DNA of 63,981 nucleotides, the filler included, from Reclinomonas americana ATCC 50394 (Eukaryota), in NCBI GenBank assembly GCA_048213135.1. It is 4 parts of 3 records of this genome, joined end to end, with 100 filler letters (N's around TTAATTAATTAA, not from the genome) between each part and the next. Parts side by side here need not be neighbours in the genome. Positions count along the whole stretch, not along the records: positions 27,905 to 58,365 come from PS015280.1; 3 more parts are not named here. One strand, given 5' to 3'. The notes beneath the pieces are model-generated. The model made no database searches. It had not been told where the DNA came from and saw only the letters and a list, made by a program, of their open reading frames with translations. The position numbers were made by a program, and so were the translations under genes. Positions 27,905 through 40,134 of this stretch are shown here, one piece after another (the first letter of the stretch is position 1; each line of letters opens with the position of its first letter).

Positions 27905-29786
27905 CCCCGCAGCTCCGACGTGGCCAAGGTGGTGGCCGAGGACGAGTACGAGACCGACTCCGACGCCGAGGACGACGACGACGACTTTATGGGCGGTCGC
28001 CCACCAGTGTCGGCGCCGGCACCCGCCGCCGTTTCATCGCCGGCTCGTGCTGCGCCCGCGGTGGCGGTGGCCTCCCCTGTGGCGGCGGCGGCGGCGGCGG
28101 CGCCCAAGAAGCCCGACCCGAAGGACTACATGTGGACGAAGAAGTCGGGCGAGAAGCTCGTCAAGCTCGCCGGCTCCATCAATGGCCAGCAGTTCGTACT
28201 GGAGGATCTCACCGACTGCGAGGTGCACCTGTTGGACCGCACCGGCCAGATCAACATTGATGCGTGCAAGGGCTGCAAGATTGTCGTCGGTCCCTCCAAG
28301 GGCAGCGTGTTCCCGCGCGACTGCGAGAACTGCGAGTTCCACGTCATTGCGCAGCAGTTCCGCACCCGCGACTGCAAGAACTGCAAGGTGTTCCTGTACT
28401 CGGCCACCGATCCCATTGTGGAGTCCTCCACCAAGATTGGCTTTGCGCCGTACGACGGTCACTACCCGAACTTGAAGCGCCTGGTGTCGGTCAGTGTGGC
28501 TTTGCGTGCACGCACTCCCCCAGCCGGCGCTGGTGCTGACTTCTTCTTGGTGGCGGGTGCGCAGGAGGTTGGCTTTGATCCGGAGGACAACCACTGGGAC
28601 GACGTGTTTGATTTCAGCCAGGACGACGATACGGTGCCAGCGCCGCACTGGTACATTCTGCCCGAGGCCGAGCGCACGGTTTGTGAAAGAGAGAGGGGGA
28701 GAGAGAGAGAGAGAGAGAGAGAGATTGAGAGAGATTGAGTGTGTGTGTGTTGTGACTGCTAGTGTTGTTTTCTATCCTTCACTCTTCTCTCAAGCCTGTC
28801 TGCTGTCAATAGTTTCTGTTTCAGTGCATCTTTCTCTCTCCCTCTCTCTCTTTCTCTCTTTCTGTGTGTGTGTGTGGTGTGCGTGTCTCACACTTCCGCG
28901 ATTCAGCCACTGGTGATTGACATCCCCGGACAAGCACCGGCGGATTCACCGTTCTCGGATCACCCAGCGCACCGCGAGCCAACCCGCCAGTATGGTCACA
29001 CTGGCCACAACGAGTACTCGTTCCCCGCCGGCACACCCGCCAACGAGGCGCAAGCAATTTTCGAGGCGGTTCGTCCTCTTGTTTTATCATATTCGACAAG
29101 TGGCCGTGTGTGCTGACGTTGATCACAGAATGAGGACGACGTGTTCGACGCGGTACCGGGTGGCGGCAAGGGTGGCGCGTCAGGCAGCGCGGCCGGAGGC
29201 ATGGATGGTGAGTGTCAAGGGAGGGTGGCTGAATGTGTTGAGTTGCTGACGAGAGAGACGGGCGGCAGATTTCATGGGCTTTGGTGGCGCGGCACCGGCT
29301 GGCGCAGGACACGGTCATGGTGCCGGCGCGCACTCTGACGAGGAGGAAGAGGAGGAGGAGGAGGAAGAGGAAGAGGAAGAGGTGCGATAAGAGAAAGATG
29401 CAAGAGAATGATGGTTTTTTATGTTGACTGTGTGGTGTGGCAGGCGGACTTTGCCACCACTCCGCTCGGCAAGTGGCAGCTGCAGATGCAGGAGCGCCTG
29501 CTCGAGCAAGCGCAGGCCGCTCGCATGGTACATGTCATCCATCGTTCGACATGTTCTCCCCTTTCGTGATGGTTCCTCACACTCTTGTCCCCAGACGAAA
29601 GAGGAGCGCCGCAAGCGCGCCCGCGAGTGGTTGGCCAAGTTCTACGCTGACCGCGATGCGCGCATCTCAGCGACGCACCGTGTGGTGACGCAGCAGGATG
29701 AGCAATTCTTTGGCAACCTGGCCCGCCTCATGACCGAGGTGAAGCCGCCGGCTCCGGAAGACCCGAATGCCGCTCGCACGTGGGCC
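27905..29786 (+). CDS. RP2: RP2-like TBCC-domain protein fused to a clathrin light chain-like domain; both ends partial
   Basis: 'KPDPKDYMWTKKSGEKLVKLAGSINGQQFVLEDLTDCEVHLLD...GPSKGSVFPRDC...QQFRTRDC...TDPIVESSTKIGF...DNHWDDVFDF' is an RP2-type TBCC domain. In-frame GT-AG introns lead to 'PLGKWQLQMQERLLEQAQAARMTKEERRKRAREWLAKFYADRDARI...QDEQFF...RTWA'. Confidence 0.85.
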
Positions 29787-30140
29787 GTTGCGTCTCGCGC
29801 ACCTACTGTTGTTGTCTCGTGTACATGCACGCTGAATGTATACNNNNNNNNNNNNNNNNNNNNNNNNGAGAGAGAGAGAGAGAGAAAGAAAGAAAGAAAA
29901 CGCAATGCAAACGATTATGAGCATCGGTAAGGTCTCCCAAGCCAGTCTGTTCACCAGAGACAAGGACAAAGCGCGCGAGAGGGAGAAGAACTAGGAGAGT
30001 ACATTTTCGAAATGGTCTCGCACAGCCCTTCACGAATCGCGAAACAACGTGTATGCACAACAGGCCGTCACTCACAGAGAAAGAGAACAGATCCCACACA
30101 GCTCAACGCGAATCACGAAACGCCATGTGCGCAAAGCTGC

Positions 30141-31030
30141 TCACCACACTGAGAGAAAGAGAGACGCCCAAACAAACGCCAGACGAAGCAAGGAACGCAA
30201 TACCAGTCCGCCCACAGCACTCTGCACACGACTGCCACTCACAACCACTCTTCCCCTCACAACACACCTGTTTCTAACGCGTCGCGAGAACCGCCGCTCC
30301 AAATCCTCATCGTCGACTCTGACCTGCACGCGACCACGACCGCGATCGGCGCCCGTGAGCCGTGCCTCTTCTGCTTGTGTGTGTTCACGCAGGTACATCA
30401 TGCGTGCTCGGACTGCACACCAACGTCGTGAGGCCGCCACCAAAAAATATAAAAAAAAAAAGGGGTGGAAACACCGCCCGCAACTGACAGCCGCCGAGGT
30501 CGCTTCGTCGGGTTCCGCACCGTTGACGGTCGACGAGTCGACTGCGGTGGGCTCGGTGGTGACCGCCGGTGGTGCGGCAGCAGAGCCGGCCGCCGCGGAA
30601 ACGGTGGTGCTGGTGGGCGACGACGAGGAGGAGGGTGAACCGTGGCCATTGGCGACAGTCGTCTCTCCGTCGGCGCCGCGAATCAGCAGGCCTGCTTTTT
30701 CGAGCGCCTGCAGGAGGTGCTCGGTCGGGCATTGGGCGAGAATCTTCGCCACATTGTCCTCCAACACAAAGACGAGCGAGATGAAGCCGCGCACAGAGAT
30801 CAGCGCATCCTGCACCTGCTTGCGCACTTCGGCTCGATGCAAATTCGTCAATGCAATAATCACCCATCGCCTCTCCTTGGAGAGCGAGCCACCCTCGCCC
30901 GCTCCTGCTCCCCGACCACTGGATGCCCGCCGCGCCTCCAACGCCTCTCGCTTTCGCCGCAAATCAATTCCCTGCGTCTCCAACACATACGCCTCCAGTG
31001 CCGGCAGATCCACGCCTCGTGGTCTCTCTG
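30141..31030 (-). CDS. ARMC1-like protein (HMA-like domain), 5' partial
   Basis: 'WVIIALTNLHRAEVRKQVQDALISVRGFISLVF...TEHLLQALEKAG' resembles the ARMC1 HMA-like domain; YL motif downstream and a hydrophobic end in W. Confidence 0.55.
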
Positions 31031-31037
31031 CGCGGGC

Positions 31038-31166
<129 letters not shown>

Positions 31167-32675
31167 NNNNNNNNNNNNNNNNNNNNNNNNNNNNNNNNNN
31201 NNNNNNNNNNNNNNNNNNNNNNNNNNNNNNNNNNNNNNNNNNNNNNNNNNNNNNNNNNNNNNNNNNNNNNNNNNNNNNNNNNNNNNNNNNNNNNNNNNNN
31301 NNNNNNNNNNNNNNNNNNNNNNNNNNNNNNNNNNNNNNNNNNNNNNNNNNNNNNNNNNNNNNNNNNNNNNNNNNNNNNNNNNNNNNNNNNNNNNNNNNNN
31401 NNNNNNNNNNNNNNNNNNNNNNNNNNNNNNNNNNNNNNNNNNNNNNNNNNNNNNNNNNNNNNNNNNNNNNNNNNNNNNNNNNNNNNNNNNNNNNNNNNNN
31501 NNNNNNNNNNNNNNNNNNNNNNNNNNNNNNNNNNNNNNNNNNNNNNNNNNNNNNNNNNNNNNNNNNNNNNNNNNNNNNNNNNNNNNNNNNNNNNNNNNNN
31601 NNNNNNNNNNNNNNNNNNNNNNNNNNNNNNNNNNNNNNNNNNNNNNNNNNNNNNNNNNNNNNNNNNNNNNNNNNNNNNNNNNNNNNNNNNNNNNNNNNNN
31701 NNNNNNNNNNNNNNNNNNNNNNNNNNNNNNNNNNNNNNNNNNNNNNNNNNNNNNNNNNNNNNNNNNNNNNNNNNNNNNNNNNNNNNNNNNNNNNNNNNNN
31801 NNNNNNNNNNNNNNNNNNNNNNNNNNNNNNNNNNNNNNNNNNNNNNNNNNNNNNNNNNNNNNNNNNNNNNNNNNNNNNNNNNNNNNNNNNNNNNNNNNNN
31901 NNNNNNNNNNNNNNNNNNNNNAGAGAGAGAGAGAGAAGAAAGAAGAGAAGGAAAGCAAGAACGGCTACTGAGAGCGATTGAGGATGGAACATGAGAGAGA
32001 GAGAGAGAGAGAGAGAGAGCTGACCTCTTGCACTCACACACGCACACATGAAGGAGACAACAGCTTGTGACACAAAGAATGCAGTGGATCCCTGATCACA
32101 CACACGTGCGCGCGAGACAACTCGCCTCAATCATGCACATTCCCACTCTGAGAAGACATGCGCACACACAGACACACACACACACACAGAGGACGAGAAA
32201 AAGAAAGAGAGAGACAGCTCTCTCCTTGCATCTCCTGCGTGCCTCTCTCTCACTCACACACACGCGCATCTCTCTCACGCAACTCCAGTCAACACTCCAC
32301 GTCGCACCACATATGGTTGTGCGGCCGGGTCCTTGCTCAGCTCACGCAACCGCTGTGAGATGTTGCGTGCGTCCATTGCGACAAAACACGCAGAGTGTGG
32401 CAACGATCGTCAATCAGATGAAATTTCGATTTGCGGTCTCGTGCAAGAGAGCGAAAGGGCAATTCGAAAGCCTGGTTTGTGGAAGTGCATCGTGGGATAG
32501 ACTAGTTTACCCTTTGTAGGACAAGGCGCAGATCAGCTTTATCCAACCGCCTGAACGAGTACGATGGGGCGATGTCGCAGGTCGGATCTGCAGAGGAGCC
32601 GGTTTTTGAATTCCATGCGCGTTGGATGGATCGGCTCGCACTGCAGTGTGCAGGCCCCTGACAGAACGAATTTTT

Positions 32676-32962
32676 TTGACCATGGACACTGCATGGTCAG
32701 TGGTCCGGTCCATGGACAGTTTATGGACACAGTCGAGGACCATAAATTTGTTCCGCACACCACTCACGCAATCGACGTGTGTTTTGTGCACCACGCACAT
32801 GGAACGAGTGAGGGGAGGGTGCTGAACGTTTTGCGCTGCAACAAAGTTGGTTTCCAACACCTCCATTTTTCACCCCAGGTGTCCATCGGTTTGGCATGGA
32901 CAGTGGCGTGTCCATGGTCCGGACCATGGACAGCGGCAGTCCATCGGTGGTCTTGTCCATGC
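32676..32962. repeat. Cluster of CCATGG/GTCCATGGAC palindromic motifs
   Basis: Repeated CCATGGACA, GGTCCGGACCATGGAC. Confidence 0.7.
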
Positions 32963-35234
32963 ATCGCCAAGCCAACTCGGTCGATTCAGTCGATTCAGTC
33001 GACTNNNNNNNNNNNNNNNNNNNNNNNNNNNNNNNNNNNNNNNNNNNNNNNNNNNNNNNNNNNNNNNNNNNNNNNNNNNNNNNNNNNNNNNNNNNNNNNN
33101 NNNNNNNNNNNNNNNNNNNNNNNNNNNNNNNNNNNNNNNNNNNNNNNNNNNNNNNNNNNNNNNNNNNNNNNNNNNNNNNNNNNNNNNNNNNNNNNNNNNN
33201 NNNNNNNNNNNNNNNNNNNNNNNNNNNNNNNNNNNNNNNNNNNNNNNNNNNNNNNNNNNNNNNNNNNNNNNNNNNNNNNNNNNNNNNNNNNNNNNNNNNN
33301 NNNNNNNNNNNNNNNNNNNNNNNNNNNNNNNNNNNNNNNNNNNNNNNNNNNNNNNNNNNNNNNNNNNNNNNNNNNNNNNNNNNNNNNNNNNNNNNNNNNN
33401 NNNNNNNNNNNNNNNNNNNNNNNNNNNNNNNNNNNNNNNNNNNNNNNNNNNNNNNNNNNNNNNNNNNNNNNNNNNNNNNNNNNNNNNNNNNNNNNNNNNN
33501 TGGGGGTGTGGGGGGGTGTGTTTGAGCGAAAATGTGAGTGTTTGTTGTTGTGTTGAGCACACTGTGCGTGTGGGGGTGTTTGCTTTTCCCCACGCGGGTT
33601 GCTCGCGCGCGGGAAAGTACTTAGAGATTTTTCTGACTGCTCCATCCTCGACTGCAGTGCCCTCAGAGACAACCATGCAAGGTATGATGGTGGTGGTGAT
33701 GGCTACTACCATGTGCCATGCCATGTTGGCTCAGCGTTGTTGGATTCTCGGTGGTGCGTCGCCTGATTGATGATGCCTTTGTCTTGCTTCCTTATCTCTC
33801 AATCTCTCTCTCCATCTCTCTCTCTCTCTCACACATCTGCCCTTGCAGTCGCCGCGTGGTGACTCGACGGCAAACATGCACAGCCCCTCCACCGTGCTTC
33901 AGGTGTGCTGTTGTTGCGCAGTGTGGCCGCTGATGCACTGTTCTCACGCTGAGTTCTTCCGATGACGCGTGCTGTTCTCTCCCCTCACAGGGCCGCAGCC
34001 GCTGTCGTCCACGGCGATGCGACTCAGTTCCGCAGAGCTGCTTGACGATCTGCAGATGCATCGATGCAGGTCTGTTTGTGTGAGTGGCATCGCACTGCCG
34101 ATCTCACTTGCTGACACTCATTGTGCATGACGCACACAGGTTGTCACCGGATGCATCGCGGTGAGTCAGTTCCCATGTGGCATCACTCTGTCTTGTGCTC
34201 ATCCGAGTGTGAAACAGGCACACAGGGAGTACGAGGAGCACTGCACCACGGCGTGTGGATCAGGAGGGCAGTCACCTGCTGGACGTGCGCAAGGTTCGTT
34301 GCCTTCTCACTCCACAAGGGCCATTGCACGTAGCGTCTCTCTCATTCACCATTCTGATGAGAGCCTGCGTTACTGTTGCTCATACATAGCCTTCCTCCTT
34401 GTTTCCTTTCCATGTCGCCTGCATTCTCTCTGCTAAGTGCCGGTGCCACGCTGAATCGTCATTCATCTCTCCCTGGCATGTACTGTATCTCTGGTGGCCC
34501 GCGCTGCACCTGCCTCATGAACTCTCTTCCTTTCTCTGCCACACGTCGTCGTTCCCTCTCCGCACTCCAACATCTTCCACTCTTTGGCGTTCTCACCACG
34601 TCAAGTGCTGTGTCGCTCACTGCCGTGATCATGCAGGGNNNNNNNNNNNNNNNNNNNNNNNNNNNNNNNNNNNNNNNNNNNNNNNNNNNNNNNNNNNNNN
34701 NNNNNNNNNNNNNNNNNNNNNNNNNNNNNNNNNNNNNNNNNNNNNNNNNNNNNNNNNNNNNNNNNNNNNNNNNNNNNNNNNNNNNNNNNNNNNNNNNNNN
34801 NNNNNNNNNNNNNNNNNNNNNNNNNNNNNNNNNNNNNNNNNNNNNNNNNNNNNNNNNNNNNNNNNNNNNNNNNNNNNNNNNNNNNNNNNNNNNNNNNNNN
34901 NNNNNNNNNNNNNNNNNNNNNNNNNNNNNNNNNNNNNNNNNNNNNNNNNNNNNAAACACCTACTGTGTGGTGTCGATGACGATGACGAGGATGGGAGCAC
35001 GACGAGGAGGAAGGTGAGAGGGAGGCGAGCAAGTGTGGACGGTAAGGAGGGAGGCATATTACTTTCCAGTGTGTCTGCATGTCGTTCAGTGAGACAGTGT
35101 GTGAGCGAGACGATTGTGTATGGTGTATTGGAGTTGGAGAGTACTTGAGTGAAAGCAGACGATTGTTGCTGTATGTGCTGCAGTGCGGGGGGCGGGGCGG
35201 GGCGGGGCGGGGAGGGGCGGGGGTGCGGTATAGA

Positions 35235-35575
35235 GCATGGACAGATGATGGACAGTGGATGGACACTGCATGGACACTGCATGGACAGTCCATGGGTGTC
35301 CATGGATGGTCCGACCAGAACCACTTTTGTGGTCCATGGACCGGACCGTGGACATGCAGTGTCCATGGACTGTCCGTGCCACTGTCCATCAGTGTCCATG
35401 GACAGTCCATGCAGTGTCCATGAAAAAGTCCATGGTCCGGACCAGTGTCCATGAAAAAGTCCATGGTCCGGACCAGTGTCCATGCATCGGACCATCAAGG
35501 GGAGTTGAATAAGGTGGTCCGGCTGCAATGGACAATGTATGGACAGTCCATGGACAGTCCATCAAGTGTCCATGG
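35235..35575. repeat. Dense array of GTCCATGGAC palindromic motifs
   Basis: Roughly 20 or more CATGGAC/GTCCAT half-sites, including an exact duplication of CAGTGTCCATGAAAAAGTCCATGGTCCGGAC. Confidence 0.85.
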
Positions 35576-35728
35576 TCTCCAGGAATCGTTCTGTCAGGGG
35601 GCCGTGGATCGCGGGGATCAGAGCTAGAACGAGTCGTTGGAGCGATGTCACGCATGTTATTCGAGGGAAGTGGGCCGGTTTTCAATCACGACTTCGAATT
35701 CGAATTCGGACTTGGCGAGCTGCGGATT

Positions 35729-36010
35729 CTGCACCTCAGCTCCTTCCGAGACATGCTTGCATGCTGCCTGGCTTTGTCGGTTTTCCATATGTCTTCTGAT
35801 ACCGGTACCAACACTTCTTGCTATCTCTCTGCGTTCCTTTTTGGAATCCGGCGTCCAATCCATGCTTGTCGACGTCACGAGCCGAAGTTTCTGTTACACG
35901 AACGCCAGCATCAGCCCTCTCGACTTTTCCTCGGATTTTCAGCGATGTCTGAGTTTCTGGTGTTCACTCAAGATGGTGATCATCATGCAACTGTGTTGCT
36001 GTTTGGATTG
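35729..36010. repeat. Dispersed repeat, copy 1 (copy 2 at ~41799-42073)
   Basis: CTGCACCTCAGCTCCTTCC...CATATGTCTTCTGATACC...ACTCAAGATGGTGATCATCATGCA...GTTGCTGTTTGGATT shared in the same orientation. Confidence 0.85.
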
Positions 36011-36377
36011 CTGCGCTGTGCTGGGCAAGAAGATGTCATCTTTATGGCTGATGTATGCCACAGACGGACGCCTACAAGATGACAGAAAGAGCTCGCTGGA
36101 GACGGCTGCTGAGATGGAAACGGAGAAGTATTGCGATCTGATGCGTGTCTTCTATACACTGGTGTTTGGCTCCGGTGGCATCGTCCCGAAACGGACTGGT
36201 GACAACGTGGCCGTTCACCTCAGGAGCGCTAGCGTCGAAGCAGTGACGACACGGATCGCATGCTGTCGAAACTGTGCAGCTGCGCTGCGCGCCACGACCA
36301 TTCTATCTGGTCGGCGCATTGTGGTGCCGTTGCCAGAATCAACAGATGGTAGTGACAACTCCCTCGAACAACCATCA

Positions 36378-37144
36378 TCAGCGACTCGAGCTGACGACAC
36401 TCTGCAGCTCACGGATATCCTCTTCCGTTTGGGCGTGTGCATGGCCAGGCAGCTTCAACGGCATTATGCCGTACAAGGTCTGCCACTCCTCCGCAGAGAT
36501 GGTCCCAACCTGCATGAAACACACACGTGTCAAATCTAGTTTCGACAACGTACCTGATTGAGTGGGTATTAGTGTGCTCACCTCTGCCTCCACCAACGAC
36601 TGTGCAACACGCTTGTCCGCTGCAGATCCAACGACATCGACTGACTTGCACATGGCAGTGCGCAACAGCCGGCGGCGCACAGCGTGAGGCGAAAAAACAA
36701 TGTGCGACACGGCCAGTTGAACAAGGTGCAGCTCTTCGACGACGAAGGCACTGATGGAGTAGCACTTCTCATCGTCGTCTGTGTCAGCGCAGCATAGTCA
36801 CAGACACTCAGTGACGAGTGTTGAATGCAAGTGGCGGCCACAGTCGGTGGCGTACCTCCAAACACGCTGTGGGCGACTCGCTTCACGAGAAGGGCGGCGG
36901 CGGCACCCTCCATCTCTTGAAGTTCTCGTGGGGACAGGTGTAGTAGATCAGCCAAGGCACGAGAAAGGCTGACGAGAGTCTCCACAGATTCGCCCACGTG
37001 CTCCCGCAACAGGTCATTCAAGTCCACGCCAGCGTAGTAGTGAGCAAACTCCTCGCTGTCGACCTCATCCAGTGCGAAGAACACGCGCCAGAAGTGGGCG
37101 GCATCCCGGTACGCGTGGACGTCAATCGGGCGAGCGTCGCTCAT
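36378..37144 (-). CDS. Hypothetical protein (exon structure unresolved)
   Basis: Globular-looking 188 aa ORF 'MSDARPIDVHAYRDAAHFWRVFF...' with coding-like composition; no family recognised. Confidence 0.35.
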
Positions 37145-38174
37145 GCACTTCGTTGTTGTGTGGCGAATGTGGTTGTCCTACGGATCGACGGCATGCAGAC
37201 GCACCACTACACCGGGTGCACGCTCCTTGGGAAGTACAGCGTGTGCGTTGGGATTGCTCAACCCACGCAGCGATGGTAGATCGTGTTGAGAGTCTCGACG
37301 TCGACTTGTACATTTTCGACGTTTCGAAGTTTGAGATGATCATGAATGCACACGCGCACACAGGCCGCCGTCAAGATGCATGTGCGAAGTGGCCACCAAG
37401 ACAACTGCGCTATCGTTTGCCANNNNNNNNNNNNNNNNNNNNNNNNNNNNNNNNNNNNNNNNNNNNNNNNNNNNNNNNNNNNNNNNNNNNNNNNNNNNNN
37501 NNNNNNNNNNNNNNNNNNNNNNNNNNNNNNNNNNNNNNNNNNNNNNNNNNNNNNNNNNNNNNNNNNNNNNNNNNNNNNNNNNNNNNNNNNNNNNNNNNNN
37601 NNNNNNNNNNNNNNNNNNNNNNNNNNNNNNNNNNNNNNNNNNNNNNNNNNNNNNNNNNNNNNNNNNNNNNNNNNNNNNNNNNNNNNNNNNNNNNNNNNNN
37701 NNNNNNNNNNNNNNNNNNNNNNNNNNNNNNNNNNNNNNNNNNNNNNNNNNNNNNNNNNNNNNNNNNNNNNNNNNNNNNNNNNNNNNNNNNNNNNNNNNNN
37801 NNNNNNNNNNNNNNNNNNNNNNNNNNNNNNNNNNNNNNNNNNNNNNNNNNNNNNNNNNNNNNNNNNNNNNNNNNNNNNNNNNNNNNNNNNNNNNNNNNNN
37901 NNNNNNNNNNNNNNNNNNNNNNNNNNNNNNNNNNNNNNNNNNNNNNNNNNNNNNNNNNNNNNNNNNNNNNNNNNNNNNNNNNNNNNNNNNNNNNNNNNNN
38001 NNNNNNNNNNNNNNNNNNNNNNNNNNNNNNNNNNNNNNNNNNNNNNNNNNNNNNNNNNNNNNNNNNNNNNNNNNNNNNNNNNNNNNNNNNNNNNNNNNNN
38101 NNNNNNNNNNNNNNNNNNNNNNNNNNNNNNNNNNNNNNNNNNNNNNNNNNNNNNNNNNNNNNNNNNNNNNNNNN

Positions 38175-39594
38175 GCTCTCCGCGCTCTTCAGCGCCAGCG
38201 CCGAGCTCGTCACCGACGCACTGAGCACACTGCCAGCCGAGTACGCACACGTCAGCAGTCTCGCCGCCCTCCCCGACGACGTGCAAGAGCGCCTCATCAC
38301 CACCCTCGCCACGCTCGTGTCAGGCGCAGCAGAGCAGCAGGACCAGGAGCCAGAGGATCGCTCACAAGTGCCTGTGCGTGCCTTGTTCACCTACGGCACC
38401 TTGCGCGGCGACTATGCGCCTGAGCAGGATGGCGATGGATGGGGCGTGTTGAAAGCGTTTCCCGGCTGCATGTGGTGGCATGCACGAGTGCACGGCTGGC
38501 GACTCTACCAGCAACCGTCGCTGACGTATCCATTTGTCTCTGCTGCGGCTGAGGATGAGAGTGTGTTCGGAACGGTGCTGACGTGGCCGCTCAGCGAGGA
38601 TGCCTTCTTTGGCGCACTACAACGCTGCAATGGGATCGAGGGATGGCGTGCGGATGGACGGGGTCTGTATCAGCGNNNNNNNNNNNNNNNNNNNNNNNNN
38701 NNNNNNNNNNNNNNNNNNNNNNNNNNNNNNNNNNNNNNNNNNNNNNNNNNNNNNNNNNNNNNNNNNNNNNNNNNNNNNNNNNNNNNNNNNNNNNNNNNNN
38801 NNNNNNNNNNNNNNNNNNNNNNNNNNNNNNNNNNNNNNNNNNNNNNNNNNNNNNNNNNNNNNNNNNNNNNNNNNNNNNNNNNNNNNNNNNNNNNNNNNNN
38901 NNNNNNNNNNNNNNNNNNNNNNNNNNNNNNNNNNNNNNNNNNNNNNNNNNNNNNNNNNNNNNNNNNNNNNNNNNNNNNNNNNNNNNNNNNNNNNNNNNNN
39001 NNNNNNNNNNNNNNNNNNNNNNNNNNNNNNNNNNNNNNNNNNNNNNNNNNNNNNNNNNNNNNNNNNNNNNNNNNNNNNNNNNNNNNNNNNNNNNNNNNNN
39101 NNNNNNNNNNNNNNNNNNNNNNNNNNNNNNNNNNNNNNNNNNNNNNNNNNNNNNNNNNNNNNNNNNNNNNNNNNNNNNNNNNNNNNNNNNNNNNNNNNNN
39201 NNNNNNNNNNNNNNNNNNNNNNNNNNNNNNNNNNNNNNNNNNNNNNNNNNNNNNNNNNNNNNNNNNNNNNNNNNNNNNNNNNNNNNNNNNNNNNNNNNNN
39301 NNNNNNNNNNNNNNNNNNNNNNNNNNNNNNNNNNNNNNNNNNNNNNNNNNNNNNNNNNNNNNNNNNNNNNNNNNNNNNNNNNNNNNNNNNNNNNNNNNNN
39401 NNNNNNNNNNNNNNNNNNNNNNNNNNNNNNNNNNNNNNNNNNNNNNNNNNNNNNNNNNNNNNNNNNNNNNNNNNNNNNNNNNNNCGGGTGATCGGCGTGC
39501 GTCGCGGGCGTTCATGTACGTGCAGCGTGCGGATCCGTCGGTGGTGGCCGCCAGTCGCTTCTTTGCGGATGGTGATTGGTTGAGGCGCGATGAG
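38175..39594 (+). CDS. Gamma-glutamylcyclotransferase (GGCT/AIG2-like) domain protein, partial
   Basis: 'LFTYGTLR', 'GWRLY...YPFV...VFGTV', 'CNGIEG...GLYQR', 'AFMYV...GDW'. Confidence 0.8.
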
Positions 39595-40134
39595 GTGCNN
39601 NNNNNNNNNNNNNNNNNNNNNNNNNNNNNNNNNNNNNNNNNNNNNNNNNNNNNNNNNNNNNNNNNNNNNNNNNNNNNNNNNNNNNNNNNNNNNNNNNNNN
39701 NNNNNNNNNNNNNNNNNNNNNNNNNNNNNNNNNNNNNNNNNNNNNNNNNNNNNNNNNNNNNNNNNNNNNNNNNNNNNNNNNNNNNNNNNNNNNNNNNNNN
39801 NNNNNNNNNNNNNNNNNNNNNNNNNNNNNNNNNNNNNNNNNNNNNNNNNNNNNNNNNNNNNNNNNNNNNNNNNNNNNNNNNNNNNNNNNNNNNNNNNNNN
39901 NNNNNNNNNNNNNNNNNNNNNNNNNNNNNNNNNNNNNNNNNNNNNNNNNNNNNNNNNNNNNNNNNNNNNNNNNNNNNNNNNNNNNNNNNNNNNNNNNNNN
40001 NNNNNNNNNNNNNNNNNNNNNNNNNNNNNNNNNNNNNNNNNNNNNNNNNNNNNNNNNNNNNNNNNNNNNNNNNNNNNNNNNNNNNNNNNNNNNNNNNNNN
40101 NNNNNNNNNNNNNNNNNNNNNNNNNNNNNNNNNN

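Noticed and set aside
35235-35575. CRISPR-like array
   Set aside because: No constant repeat with unique spacers, no cas genes, eukaryotic context.
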